Source: Cetorhinus maximus
Lineage: Eukaryota
NCBI RefSeq assembly: GCF_964194155.1
Contig: NC_135894.1
Coordinates: forward strand, 44,826,001-44,890,000
Reading direction: 5' to 3'
Length of the DNA: 64,000 nucleotides
Shown: in pieces, positions 36,380 to 49,480 of the stretch
How the letters are laid out: each line of letters begins with the position of its first letter
How positions within the stretch are numbered: position 1 is the first letter of the stretch
Notes under the pieces: generated by a model
Seen by the model: only the letters and a program-made list of their open reading frames with translations
What the model was told of the DNA's origin: nothing
Database searches by the model: none
Program-made: the position numbers and the translations under genes

Positions 36380-38250
36380 GACTACTTGCATGCCAAACAG
36401 CATAAACAGCAAGTGATAGACAGAGCTAAGCGATCCCACAACCAATGGATTAGATCTAAGCTCTGCAGTCTTCCCTCATTCAGTCGTGAATGGTGGTGGA
36501 CAATTAAACAACTCACTGGAGGAGGAGGCTCCACAAATACCCCCATCCTCAATGATGGGGGAGCCCAGCACATCAGTGCAAAAGATAAGGCTGAAGCATT
36601 TGCAACAATCTTCAGAAGTGCCGAGTGAACGATCCATTTCGGCCTCTTCCAGAGGTCCTCAGCATCATAGATGCTGGTCTTCAGCCAATTCGATTCACTC
36701 CCCGTGATATCAAGAAACTGCTGAAGGCACTGGATACTGCAAAGGCTATGGGCCCTGACAATATTCCGGCAATAGTACTGAAGACTTGTGGTCCAGAACG
36801 CGCCGCGCCCCTAGCCAAGATGTTCCAGTACAGCTTTAACACTGGCATCTACCCGGCTATGTGGAAAATTGCACAGGTATGTCCTGTACACAAAAAACAG
36901 GACAAATCCAACCCGGCCAGTTACCGCCCCATCACTCTACTCTCCATCATCAGTAAAGTAATGGAAGGGGTCATCAACAGTGCTATCATGCAGCACTTGC
37001 TTAGCAATAACCTGCTCACTGACGCCTAGTTTGTGTTACGCCAGGGCCACTCAGCTCTTGGCCTCATTACAGCCTTGGTTCAAACATGGACAAAAGAGCT
37101 GAACTCCCGAGGTGAGGTGAGAGTGACTGCCCTTGACAGCAAGGCCACATTTGACTGAGTGTGGCATCAAGGAGCCCCAGCAAAACTGGAGTCAATGGGA
37201 ATCGGGGGAAGAGTCTCCACTTGTTAGAGTCATACCAGCACAAAGACAGGTTTGGTTGTTGGAGGTCAATCATCTCAGCTCCAGGACATCACTCAGGAGT
37301 TCCTTGGGGTAGTGTCTTCGTCCAACCATCTTCAGCTGCTTCACCAATGGCCTTCCTTGCATCATAAAGTCATAAGTGAGGATGTTTGCTGTCCGTTGTA
37401 CAATGTTCAGCACCTTTTGCGACTCCTCAGATACTGAAGCAGTCCTTGTCCAAATGCAGCAAGATCTGGACAATATCCAGGCTTGGACTGACAAATGGCA
37501 AGTAACATTCGCGCCACACTAGTGTCAGGCATTGATCATTTCCAACAAGAGAGAATCTAATCATCATCCCTTGATGTTCAATAGAATCCCCACTATCAAC
37601 ATCCTGGGGGGTTACCATTGACCAGAAACTGAACTGGACTAGCCATAAAAATACTGTGGCTACAAGGCAGGTCAGAGACTAGGAATTGTGCGACTCCTCA
37701 AAGGCTGTCCACCATCTACAAGGCACAAGTCAGGAATGTGATGGAATACTCCCCACTTACCTGGATGAGTGCAGCTCCCACAACACTCAAGAAGCTTTAC
37801 ACTGTCTAGGACAAAGCAACCCTCTTGATTGGCACCACATCCACAAACACTCACTCCTTTCACCACCAACAAACAATAGCAGCAGTGCGTACCATCTACA
37901 AAATGCACTGCAGGAATTCACCAAGGCTCCTTAGACAGCACCTTCCGAACCCATGACCACTACCATCCAGAAGGACAAGGGCAGCAGACACATGGGAACA
38001 CCACCACCTGGAAGATCCCCTCCAAGTCCCACACCATTCTGACTTGGAAATATATCGACGTTCCTTCACTGTCGCTGGGTCAAAATCCTGGAACTCCCTT
38101 GCTAACAGCACTGTGGGTGTACCTACACCAAATAGACTGCAGCGGTTCAAGAAGACAGCTCACCACCAGCTTCTCAAGGGCAATTATGCATTGGCAATAA
38201 ATGCTGGCCCTGCCAGTGATGCCAAAATCCTATGAATGAATGAAAAAAGG
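36380..38250 (+). mobile_element. 5'-truncated non-LTR retrotransposon of the CR1/Jockey group, distinct from the dominant CR1 family
   Basis: KAMGPDNIPAIVLK, WKIAQVCPVHKK, YRPITLLSIISKVME, decayed RT core; 3' tail GCAATAAATGCTGGCC...ATGAATGAATGAAAAAA. Confidence 0.9.
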
Positions 38251-39149
38251 AATTTTAAAAAGCCCAGTACCTCAGGTTTGGTGGTATTGATTAAGCCACC
38301 AATTATACAGCTCTCCTGCTTATCATTTCCATTGAATCCCATGCTATTTAACCTTCAGTGTTAATCCTTTATATAATACTTCTACTGTATGCCTGAGTAT
38401 GCCTAAGACACTGTTTCTTTGCTGTGGAGCGCACAATTACTTGTCGAGATCACATGGCTCAATTGAAAGCAACTAGAATAACTAAGGTGGTAATTTACAA
38501 TTATCACAGGTAAGTTCAGGCTGGAATCATACTTCCCTTGTGAAAAACTGTTGGTGTCATTGTGATGATTAATAGAGTGGAGGTTAGTGGGTGGACTTTC
38601 CTCAAAAAGATTTGATTTCAACCCACCAGCTTTCCTCCTATGAAGGAAATAATTTCATCCAGACGAATGCCTAAAGGCAGGATGATATTAGGAGGTTTTA
38701 AAATATATTTTTTCTTAAATTAATTAGTCAAACTAAGTACCAACTGAGTACTCAAATGTAATTGTAAAGTATCAGAGAGCCATGGCAGCCATGGCAAGTG
38801 GGTTTTGCTTTAATGTCATTCGCCTGGCAAGAAGCGATGATCCAATGCACAGGAGAGGGCTCGGATGGAGGCATTCCAAGTGAGGGGGAGAGTGATGCAG
38901 CTCAACCCTCTCCCCACCACATCAGAGATGCCTCAAGCTGCTGGTAGGCTTGGGAGTGGAGAGTTTACTTCACTACTTTACAGGTTAATTCTACTACTTT
39001 CACTACTTGGGAGGTGAATATCAGTTCTTTGGAGGTTTGTGTATCTGATCTCCACTCGGCATCTGTGATCTATCAGGCCTATGCTGATTATGTTTTAGCT
39101 TAGACCTCAGATGAGGAGGAAGATGACCAGCAGTGTTGACAGCACCAGC

Positions 39150-42100
39150 AGTAGAAGGAAGAACATCAGCAGCAGGGGATCCAGCTGCAACAGCACAGTT
39201 AGCAGGAGCCGCAGCAGCCTTGTCCTCAGGGACCTGCTACTCCATCAGAGAGAGTGGATCAGCAGAGAGGTGCAGCTTGGAGGAGGTGATACCTGTAATA
39301 TGGAATGCATAGGCAGAGGATCATATTCCTCAACACAACTGAGCAACAGTGCCTTAGGAGGCTCAGAGTTTCCTGTTAGCCGGTTGGACACGTTTGCAGT
39401 CTCCTGGAAGAAGTCATCCTGCCAAATGATGGCTCTCAATGTTAGCACAGCCCTTAAACCTTTTCACCTTTGGCTCCTTCCAGGAATCCACAGGAGATAT
39501 TCACAGAACCTTGCAATCCGCTACCCATAACTGCATCTTTGAGGTGACGAATGCCATGTTTGCTAGGGCCACAATTTATTTATCTTTTTTAAAAGATAAG
39601 GCCAGTCAGGATGATTGATTGCTGAACATCACCCATCTGGCTGCCTTCCCACAGGTCCAGGGAATCAGTGCCTGTACGTATGTGGCAATCAAAGCACCCC
39701 CCAATAAGAACTTAAGAACATAAGAAATAGGAGCAGAAGTAGGCCATTCGGCCCCTCAAGTCTATCCTGCCATTCAATAAGATCATGGCTGATCTGCCCC
39801 AGAACTCAACTCCTCTTTCATGCCAGCTCCTCATAGCTCTCCGCTGCCTGATATTTCAAAAATCTATCTGCCTCCTCTTTAAATACTTTCAGTGATCTAC
39901 CCTCCACAACTCACTGGGGTAGAGAATTCCAAACATTCACTACCCTCTGAGAGAAGAAATTCCTTTGCACCTCAGTTTTAAATGAGTGTCTCCTTATTCT
40001 GTAACTATGTTCCCTAGTTTGAGATTCCCCCACTAGTGGAAACATCTTCTCAACATTTACCCTGTCAAGCCCCCTCAGAATCTTGTATGTTTCAATAAGA
40101 TCACCCCTCATTCTTCTAAATCCTAATGAATAAAGGCCCAACCTGTTTAGCCGTTCTTGATAAGTCAACCCCTTCATTCCAGGAATCAGCCTAGTGAATT
40201 TCTTTTGAACTGCCTCCAATGCCAGTATATCCTTTCTTAAATATGGGGACTAAAACTGTACACAGTACTCCAGGTGCGGCCTCACCAACACCCTGTACAG
40301 TTGTAAAAAGACTTCCCTATTTTTAAACTCCAGTCCCCTAACAATACAGGCCAAAATCCATTTGCCTCCTTAATTGCTTACTGTGCCTGCATGCTAACAT
40401 TTTGCGTTTCATGCACACAAACACCCAGATCCCTTTGGGCTTCACTGTTTTGGAGTCTCTCTCCATTTAAATAATAGCCTGCCTTTTGATTTTTGTTACC
40501 AAAGTGCATGACCTCACACTTTCCTACATTAAACTCCATCTGCCAAGCTTTTGCCCCACTCACTCAACCTGTCTATACCCCCTTGCAGATTCCTTATGTC
40601 CTCATCGCAACGTGCCTTCCTGCCTATTTTTGTATTGTCAGCAAATTTAGATACATTACACTCTGCCCCCTCCTCCAAGTCATTAATATAGATAGTAAAT
40701 AATTGAGGCCCTAGGACTGATCCTTATGGCACTCCACTAGATATGTCTTTCCAACCTGAAAAAGACCCATTAATCCCAACTCCCTGTCTTCTGTGTGTTA
40801 ACCAATCCCCAATCCATGCCCCCCCCAATACCGTCAGCTCTTATCTTGTGCAATAACCTTTTATGTGGCACCTTATCGAATGCCTTCTGGAAATCCAAAT
40901 ATACTACATCTACTGGTTCCCCTTTATCAACTCTGCTTGTTATATCCTCAAAGATCTCTAGAAAATTTGTCAAATATGACTTCCCTTCACAAAACCATGT
41001 TGACTCTGTTTGACTGTGTTACACTTTTCTAAATGTCCTGCTGTTTCTTCCTTGATAATGGACTCTAGCATTTTCCCAACGACAGATGTTAGGCTGACTG
41101 GCCTATAGTTTCATACTTTTTGTCTGCCACCCATCTTGATCGGGGGCATCACATGGATGGTTTTCCAATCCGCTGGGACCCTCCTGGAATCCAGTGGGTT
41201 CTAGAATATTTCGACCAATGCCTCCACTATCTCTGCAGCCACTTCCTTTAAAACCCTTGGATGCAGGCCATCGGGTCCTGGCAACTTGTCTGCCTTTAAA
41301 GCCCCATTAGATTGTCAAATACTTTGTCCCTCATGATAGAGACTGTTACAAGATCTTTCCTCCCATTAGTTCCTTACTTATCTGATATCTTTGGAATATT
41401 TATGGTGTCCTCTACCGTGAAGACCGATGCAAAATATTGTTATAAATTATCTGCTGTTTCCCTGTTCCCTGTTATCAATTCTCCAGTTGCAACCTCTAAG
41501 GGTCCCATGCTCACTTTAGCTACTCTATTTTTAGAAGCGCTTGCTGTTTTTTTTATATTTCTTGCCAATTTACTTTCATAATCAATTTTCTCCCTCTTTA
41601 TTAGCTTTTTAGTCATCCACTGCTTGTTCCTAAAAAAATCCCAATCCTCTGGCCTATCACTAGTTTTTGCTGCTTTTTATACATTAGTTTTTGACTGGAT
41701 ACTCTCCCTGACCACCTTAGTTAACCACGAGGGGTTCATCTTTCTCATCAAGTCCCTCTTTTTGACCGGGATAAATTTTTACTGAGTGTTATGAAATATC
41801 TGCTTAAATGTCTGCCGCTGCTCATCCACTGACCTTCCCCTTAGTCTATTTTCCCAGCCCACTTTAGACAACTCTTCCTTCATACCTCTGTAATTGCCTT
41901 TATTTAAGTTGAGGACACTGGTTTGAGATCCGAGTTGCTCGCCCTTAAACTGAATTTGAAATTCTACCATGTGTGATCGCTACCCTCTAGAGGATCCTTA
42001 ACTACGATATCTCGTATTAATTCCACCTCATTACACATTACTACATCTAAAATCGCCTGTTCCTCGGTAGGTTCTGCAATGTATTGCTCTAAGAAACAAT

Positions 42101-42810
42101 TCCTGATGCACGCTACAAATTTATCTTCCATGTTACACCTGCCAGTCTGATTTGTCCAGTAATATGCAGATTAAAATCACCCATGATAATTGTAGCACCC
42201 TTCTTACACGCCTCTATGATCACCATGGAATCTTCATCAGTCAAGAGAGATTCCATTTCACCAATGTTCAACTCATGTGCAACTACCAGAAGATCATCAC
42301 GCGTGTCTGTGCAAGATTCCCAGGAAGCTGCTATGATGCTTTGACGCTTCAGCCTGCACCAGTCACATCTCCCTGAGATATTCACACCTCAAAGCAGAAT
42401 TAAAGGATGCCTCCTTGGAGACTTGGGCCTCCCTCTGAAGACAAGGGTGATGACACCTATGCAAAATCCAGACAATGACATCCAGGAAAGGTACAACAGA
42501 AGTTATATGACTACCACAGCTGTTGTAGAGCAAGCAATTGTAATGCTGAGGATGCTGTTCAGGTGCCTGGGCAGATCAGGGGGCTCCCTTCATTAAGCAC
42601 CAGCCAGGGTATTCGCAATGATACTAGTGTGTTATGCACAACGTAGCATGGCAGCGAGGATTGACCTTCATGAAGAGCAAGGTGCAGTGCCTCTTCAAAG
42701 AATGTGGAGAAAGAGGAGGAAAAGGAGCAAGAGGAATGTGATGCAGCCATTGTGCCACAGTCATGCACAGTGCTGCCCAGGATGCCCTCTCAATGGCAAG
42801 ATTCAGTTAG
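39150..42810 (+). pseudogene. Second Harbinger transposase, split by a CR1 insertion
   Basis: N-part: TEQQCLRRLR, FTFGSFQESTGDI, LAAFPQVQGISACTYVAIKAP (to ~39702). C-part resumes near 42218: DHHGIFISQERFHFTNVQLMCNYQKIITRVCARFPGSCYDA. Confidence 0.85.
39703..42218 (-). mobile_element. CR1 LINE, ~2.5 kb, from the end of the APE endonuclease through RT and 3' UTR
   Basis: IIEACKKGATIIMGDFNLHI (APE motif), VYLDFQKAFDKVPH, RT C-terminus; 3' tail reads AATAAGAACTTAAGAACATAAG on +. Confidence 0.95.
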
Positions 42811-43926
42811 GTTGGCAGCCACGTGCTAAATCCATTTGCCCACACCCCCACCCTTCCTCCAACAAAAGCAGCCCTATAACCAACAAAGCATCCCTTTCAC
42901 AGCCACCCATTGTTCAGCTTTAGGTCTTGTCTTACCATTGATCACAAGTGAGAAGGCCACTTTGCCAAGTCAGAGGCTAAAATGGGCAAGACAGGAAAGT
43001 GAAGCAAGCAAATAATATTTATGTGGTTTATAAATTACACAGAAACTTAACATTGTGTAACACACCTCATGTGCATACCCACATCTTTATTCTTCCTTTT
43101 CCTTACACTTTGACTTGGTGCAACCCTAGTGTCTGAAAAGGCCGATGACAGCCTGGTTTTCGTTGTCATTGGAAATGAAAAGAAAGGTCTGTTTCAAATA
43201 AAGGAAAATGGAAGCCACTGCAAATCGACCTAATTTAACATTTCAGATGCAGGTTGCTCAGATCCCTGCTCTAACTGCTGAGATTCTCTTGGCCAATGTT
43301 CTCTGGGTTTTGGAGTCAGCGAAGGTCCAGCCAAAGATTGCTCCACCTACACCTGTGCAGAGGCAGACTTGACCATCGGGACAAGAGGCAGCATGTGGGG
43401 TACAGACCTGAGGCCAGGGATGGGGGGGGCAATGGTGGTGCAGTGGCTGCTGGAAATGCAATGGGTGAGAAGCGGGAGCACTTTGAGTAGAGTTCCACCT
43501 TCCATTTCCCTTTCACCACTCTCCTTTCCATAGCCCACCTGCACTTTTCTATTAACAATGATCTGGAGAATGCTTTACTACACTTCAGTGGGACATTGAA
43601 TGGCCAAGGCTAGACTTTCATCGTCCTATTTAAGGCGGCATTTAGAATGTACAATGAAGAAGGCCAGAATACCATTTTTGACTGCCCTGTGTGATGATCC
43701 ACACAGCTGGCCAGGGACAAAGGCGTCATTACAAAGGCCTGCAACATTCTTGATGTTGTGTCGGATGGGCAGATGGAAATGTGAGGAAGCTCATCAACAA
43801 AAAAGGAGTGTGCTTGAGTTGGTGCGAGGAGCGATGTTCTTGGGAGGTGTAGGGTTGAGAAGGCAGAGAGAGGGGGCTGGGGTGATGTGCACAGCAGGAT
43901 GTATTTGTATTTGCTATTGTGCTCAC

Positions 43927-44156
43927 CTTTCCTGCCCTGATTTGGTCATTAAACTGCTTCTGACGCAGGAGTGTGGCACCAAAATTTTGCTGCTAACCTC
44001 AGCAGTCTCCAGTCATGTTTTCTTGCTTTCTGTGACAGGTTTCCTCCTCCTATCAGCAAAGAACAGAATCTCTCTGCGGGTCCTGACACATCACAGCATC
44101 AGGTCTAGGGAGGGACCTCTGAAACCAGGCGTAACCTTGCTATGTTGGGAGTCCAT
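43927..44156 (-). pseudogene. Myb/SANT exon 1 of the second Harbinger element
   Basis: MDSQHSKVTPGFRGPSLDLML*CVRTRREILF...KKT*LETAEVSS...QKQFNDQIRAGK followed by GTGAGC donor; parallels exon 7238-7001. Confidence 0.75.
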
Positions 44157-44263
44157 AATGTCAGTTTCTTATGTTCGCCCAGCTCCACAATCTATCAACT
44201 ATCATCTTTGCAGTGTCTCTTTGAATAGTTCAGTTGAAGTTGACTCACACCCACTCACAGTAA

Positions 44264-44521
44264 GGGCAGGATTTTCTGACCCCGCTTGCTGCCAGGATTG
44301 TCTGTTCCCGCTGAGAGTCAATGGGCTTTTGGCTGGTCCACCAAAACTCACGCAGTGGGTTCTGCCACGGCAGGGCCAGAAAATCCCGGCTGAAGAGTGG
44401 AATTTTATGGCCCTGTCTTGGTGGGGGCAGGGCCATAAATCGCAGCGAGCTATTCAAAAGTCCATTGACATCTGCTGGACCTGAAAATCCCGTTGGCGGG
44501 AATGGCTGTAAAATTCCGCCC
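44264..44521. mobile_element. Short Harbinger-type MITE formed of two inverted ~130-bp units
   Basis: GGGCAGGATTTT...AAAATTCCGCCC with perfect TAA TSD; internal TIR-like junction GAAAATCCCGGCT-GAA-GAGTGGAATTTT. Confidence 0.8.
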
Positions 44522-45260
44522 TAAGAAACCAGGTGCTAATCCAAATATTGGGTTGAAAAGCCACTGACAGATGCGTTGCACTTATTTCAGAGCTCCTACT
44601 TAGAGGAAAATGAAAAAGGGGGGAGGATACCTGCTGGTGACATGGCTGATTACTCAGGTACACACATGTGCAGCATGCATACAATGAAACCATGCTGCCA
44701 CATGATAGAGCAGATGAGTGACATGATGGGACAATGCTTATATTGTCTGGACTGCCTCTGCAGTACTCAGCAGAGTAGGTGTCAAGATTTATGGTGGTCT
44801 GCACAACCTCGAACTTATGAAGAGACAATTCTTGCCACTAGAGAGAAAGTCAGAAGCATGAGGAGGTGCAGGAAGAGGGAAAGGTAGGGAAGACCAGTGA
44901 CACAGCCACATACTGGTCCTTCTATCCATGATCAACTCATCTGAATGTGATACTATTAAATACAATCTCGACTCTCCATTCACTAATAATACCAAACTGG
45001 AGAGAAGGGCTCCAAATTTTGCCCCAAGCCTTTGCCAAATTGATGCTGAACTCCTCCAAGCTCCTTGACATTAATCGTATGCTTTCTGATGTGCTTCCCA
45101 AAGCCTCAGGCATTCATTGTGCATTCCAGTTTATGTTCTTCCATAGGTTTCCCCATCAAAGTGCTCGTTTAAGTCCTCTGCAGCAGACCTCTGTATGAGC
45201 TCATCGCCTGGTGAGCTGGCTCGCACTATCCTTGCCGACTCATGCAGATCACCCCTCTAT

Positions 45261-47399
45261 GGCTGGAATTTTAATCGTGGCACGCCATTCCCATGGTGGA
45301 ACATGAGGTTAGTGCCATTTTAGCTCTCTTGCTTTTTCTGGGCCCCATATGATTCCAATTAAAATTTAAAGTGCCAGCAAGACACATGCGATCACATGGT
45401 CTAGCTTTTCAGTGCTGAAACCCACTGTCAGCTGACAATGCAGCAGATACGGGCAGGCTATAAAAGGTCAATGGTCAAACTGGGAGGCTCTGAATCATGC
45501 TACAACTTACCTGCCCAACTCCACTGCCATTATGTAAGACTGGCTGAGAGCACAAAAGGTGGCATTGGCATTTTTCAAATTTAAATTTCGCTTGTAAATA
45601 TTTCACATTACATTGGTTTGTCTTTATTCATGTGTGCATCATTGGTTTTTGTTGAGCCTAGCTTAGTCAGAGATGTAAATGTATTAGCTTGCTTCATGGT
45701 TGGAACACATTGATGGCTACAGCGGAGTTAGGGTCATTTCTTTATTGTGGAAGAAATTATGGTTTTATTTTAATGTTTGTTATTTATTAAATATTCATGT
45801 GTTATGGTGTGACAGATGATGTGTGCCAGGCAGATCAAATCCACGGGGGAAAATTGATCACGCAGTGACAACTGTTTTGCAATTTGTATTTTATTTCGAG
45901 ATGTGTGCCCTGAATTCAGAAGTAATAAGACTACAGTGACATCAGAGGTTTTTAGAAAACTAAATTAAACATTTATTAACAAAAGAAAAAATTTCAAGCA
46001 CACACAGGTTTACAAATTACTAATATAATAACTCCTAAAACCCCTAAACTCTGAATTAATCTGGCTCCTAGTTACACCTCCATTAAGGCAACAGTAAAAA
46101 CAAATAGATTTAAACAGACACAGGCAAAGCAATACACTACCCTGGAAAGTCACATTCAAAATGAGTTTTCTCATATTTGGTTCCTGTAGACAGCAACTTG
46201 ATGCACCAAGGCTGGAGGCTTTTCACACTTGTTTTAGATCTTAGAATGCCTTCTCCCCTTATACATAACCTCATCTCCTTTATACATGTTTCTCCCTTTT
46301 AATACAAATTCCATTGTTCCCATATGTTTTTGAAACTTTACTTTTCTCATAATATAAGTCATTTCACAGTACTACATTTATCAGTAACCTTTGGGAAAAG
46401 TAAACACACTGTTTGGCTTAGCTTCTTCTGGCTAGGTGTAACCTCTTATCATCTCTTTGAAATTCAAATTACCCTGGTTTATCTGAAATTGCAAATTTTC
46501 CTCACCTCACATTCTAAAACTTCAGCCATGTTTATGTATTTAGCACTTCAAACCCAGCTTCTTTTTGATACGTCAAAGCCCCCAGACCAGCTGTCTCCAA
46601 TTCAATTAAATCCCAAACACTCAGACACTATCCAAAACCCAATTTTACAATAAATCACAATAATATTATGAGTATTATTATATTTTCATGACAATGTTAG
46701 TCTCCAGTGTTATACTCTGTGGGACATGGCTGAACTTGCAGACTCAGCTGATCCCTCCATTCTATGCATTTTAAAGGAGATTATCTGAGATCACTCTCAG
46801 CGGGGATAATTGTAAGTCAACTCAAAGCTCTGTAAGGACTCTGCCAGCCAACGCCCTGAGATGGACATACAAATGGACAGTATTGATCCCACCCTTTAGG
46901 CCCTCATTTTCTTACCTTGACTGACTGTACCCACCACATCCAAGTCTCCAGGCCCTTCCCACTTAATTTTTCCATGCCCACAACCCCGCTCTCTGCTCTC
47001 CCTTGGATCCCTCCTCCACTCCTCCTCTATGCCCAAGACTACACTCCACTCCACTCCCCAACCCCTCAACCCTGCCACCCTTCCCCCTTGACTTCACCTT
47101 GTTGGTCCTGAACCTCTATGTAAGCTGTCATTCTCCTGATCCCCTCCCTTGTGCCGTAGGATTCAACAAGGCAAACCACTGACCTCAGACACAACTGCAC
47201 GAAGCATACTACCTTTAAACAAATGTGAAGCAGGCGCCATGAGATTCTCATGTGCCGCGAACTTAATCTTGAAGGTAGGACATAATTACAAATGAGTATG
47301 CAAATGCATTGCTATTAGGAAGGGATGGCATGATGCCTGACACACTGCTCACCTAATCTCTGGATTTGAACCCACGTTCGGGAAAGTGAAATTTCAGCT
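45261..47399. mobile_element. Non-autonomous Harbinger-type element, same family as 24708-27801, opposite orientation
   Basis: TIR-like GGCTGGAATTTT / GAAATTTCAGCT; shares CCACTGACCTC.GACACAACTGCAC, CCATGAGATTC...TTAATCTTGAA...GGACATAATTACAA and CTCTGCCAGCCAAC.CCCTGAGATG with the other copy. No clear TSD. Confidence 0.65.
45800..46693 (-). mobile_element. Probable solo LTR (~890 bp)
   Basis: TGTTATG...CATGACA inverted termini; AATAAA and TATA-like signals on the minus strand; interrupts the 45261-47399 element; only a 3-bp ATG flank match. Confidence 0.5.
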
Positions 47400-48754
47400 C
47401 CCACTTAATTAAGTCACTTCACACACCATGTAGCCTGCTCTTGCAGACTCCATATATTTCCCCCATGATATCCTCTAAATTATGCACAGAGACATTATCT
47501 GAACCAATGGTTGCGAGTGTGAAATCAAGAGATAGGACATCTTCATCATCTCTGTCTTCCTGCTCTTCCATTGGCTGCCCAGGGTACACTTTTTGGGTAT
47601 CTAAAAGGGGAAAGGCAGAAAGATAAAGTTGTGGTGCAGGAAGGGTTGGGATGGAGAGGGGAGGGCAAGAAGTAGGAGCTGCATGCTTATACCATCTGCA
47701 GCTTATAAATCAAAAGAACGTATGGCAGGAGGGATATGTGGGAAGAAGTAGGATTTATCAGGATAACATCATCTTCAATGGTTTCAGCTGCAATGCTGGC
47801 TATGGCCTCAGCAATGACCATCTCAATAATGGCAAGTGCCATTTCCTCCATGGGGATTAGGATGTGCAAACACACCAGGCCCCCTTTGGTTAGCTTGCAC
47901 TGCTTCTGGTTCTATGCCACGTTGAGGGAAGTGTGCCAGTGACCATTTGGGTGATGGGGCTGTCATGGTTGAATAGCTGGCAGTATGTGCAACCTGTGAG
48001 TGTGAGGCTCGCAGCAATGCTAAGAGTGTGAGGATGAGGTGAAACTATGAATGTAAGGTATAATTTGTGATTGAAAGAGATTTTTGGCAGGTAAATGATA
48101 GGGATGTAGTGATTTGAGCAGTGCCTGAGATTAGTGGTGCAGTTGGTAGGATATGGCATTTGAAGGTGCATTAACCAACCTTGACCATTCATGTGTGATC
48201 ATTAAACTTCTTGCAGGATGGCATCCAGGTCCTTGGGATTTGACTCCTGCCATTTTCCATGTCTATCCGCTCCCATTACCTTCTGAGTGTGTGCCTAGAG
48301 GGTGTCCTGGTTCCCTGCAGATACAGATCATCATTCCTCCTTTCCACGTTCCTCCATCAAGGTCTACAGTGCAATGTCCAAAACTTGGAGCCGGTTCTCG
48401 TTCCCATTTTGTGCCATTGATCAAAGTTTCCCAGGTCAGAGTCACTTCCTGCATGTCTGCCATCTTGTACTCCAGCCATATAATGTACTTCCTCTTTAAG
48501 AGGTATAGGCTAGATTCCAGCAATGCAGACGCGTTGTAAGAGCTACGAGTCATGTACTTACAATACTGATCCCCTGCTGATGCATCCACCCATGAACAGT
48601 GTGGTTAGTGCTGGCTGGATGCTAAAATCACCAAAATGAGCTGGAAGCACAAAATTGGCCTACTTTCTGCACCTCAAACAATATGTACAGGTTAATCGCT
48701 CATGGCAAGCCGTGTGACCTGTTTCAGGGGCTATTGAGCTAAGCCTCCAATAAT

Positions 48755-49050
48755 ACCACGTGTGAAGAGACCAGAACTAGAGGCCACAAATATATAAGAT
48801 AGTCATCAATAAACCCAAACAAGGATTCAAGGGAAACTGCTTTCAGCAAAGAGCGATTAGTGAAACTCGTTACCCAAAGGAGTAGCTGAGGTGACTAGCA
48901 TGAATATATTTAAGGGGGAGCTAAGTACATGATAGAGAAAGGAATAAAAGCATATGCTAATGGAAGAAGAATGGGAGGAGGCTCATTTGGAGTATAGACA
49001 CCGGTACGGACAAATTAGGTCGAATGGCCTGTTTCTGTGCTATAAATAGT
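48755..49050 (+). mobile_element. Old CR1 3' end fragment
   Basis: AGAACTAGAGGCCACAAATATAAG (RTRGHKYK) and terminal CGAATGGCCTGTTTCTGTGCT. Confidence 0.75.
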
Positions 49051-49259
49051 ATGGAACACTATACAATACTAGCCGAACCAAATCAACATTTACGAAAAGA
49101 AACCAGCTTCCAAAGCTATTTAGTTGCTGAAGTTAAAATTCATCTCAATTTGATTAACATTGTCCTTGCTAAAAATTAATTGTTTCCATTTGCGAAAAGA
49201 GAAATGAGGAAATAAAATGTTCATTTGTAGCCAAAGCTACAACAATTTTTTTTTCAAAC

Positions 49260-49435
49260 TTCAGATGCTGAATCTGAAATTAAAACAAAAAAATCTGTAA
49301 ATACTCAGCACCTCCTTTTCCCTGGCTCTGTACTTGCTTATAAATTGTTAAATCTTCTTACAGTTCAGATGAAATGCCATTGATCTGAACATCAGCTGTG
49401 TCACTCTCCAGGATGCCAGCATTTTCTCTTTTTAG
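49260..49435. repeat. Degenerate Penelope-type terminal repeat remnant
   Basis: TCAGATGAAATGCCATTGATCTGAACATCAGCTGTG...CTCTCCAGGATGCCAGCATTTTCT resembles 53240-53340. Confidence 0.5.
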
Positions 49436-49480
49436 CAGGAAACTATAAAATGGATTATGAGAAAAATGTGATTGCTCTTT

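Larger units (their letters stand above)
44700..48417 (-). pseudogene. Third Harbinger Myb/SANT gene remnant, interrupted by the 45261-47399 insertion
   Basis: Exon 1 48417-48180 (REPAPSF...PRTWMPSCKKFNDH, GT donor); exon 2 ~47950-47690 (LHILIPMEEMALAII); exon 3 pieces at ~47600-47400 and 45250-44700 (EALGSTSESIRLMSRSLEE). Confidence 0.62.

Noticed and set aside
43600-44484. 294-aa plus-strand ORF
   Set aside because: It runs antisense across a Myb exon and intron and into a MITE; no domain is recognisable, so it is a chance open frame.
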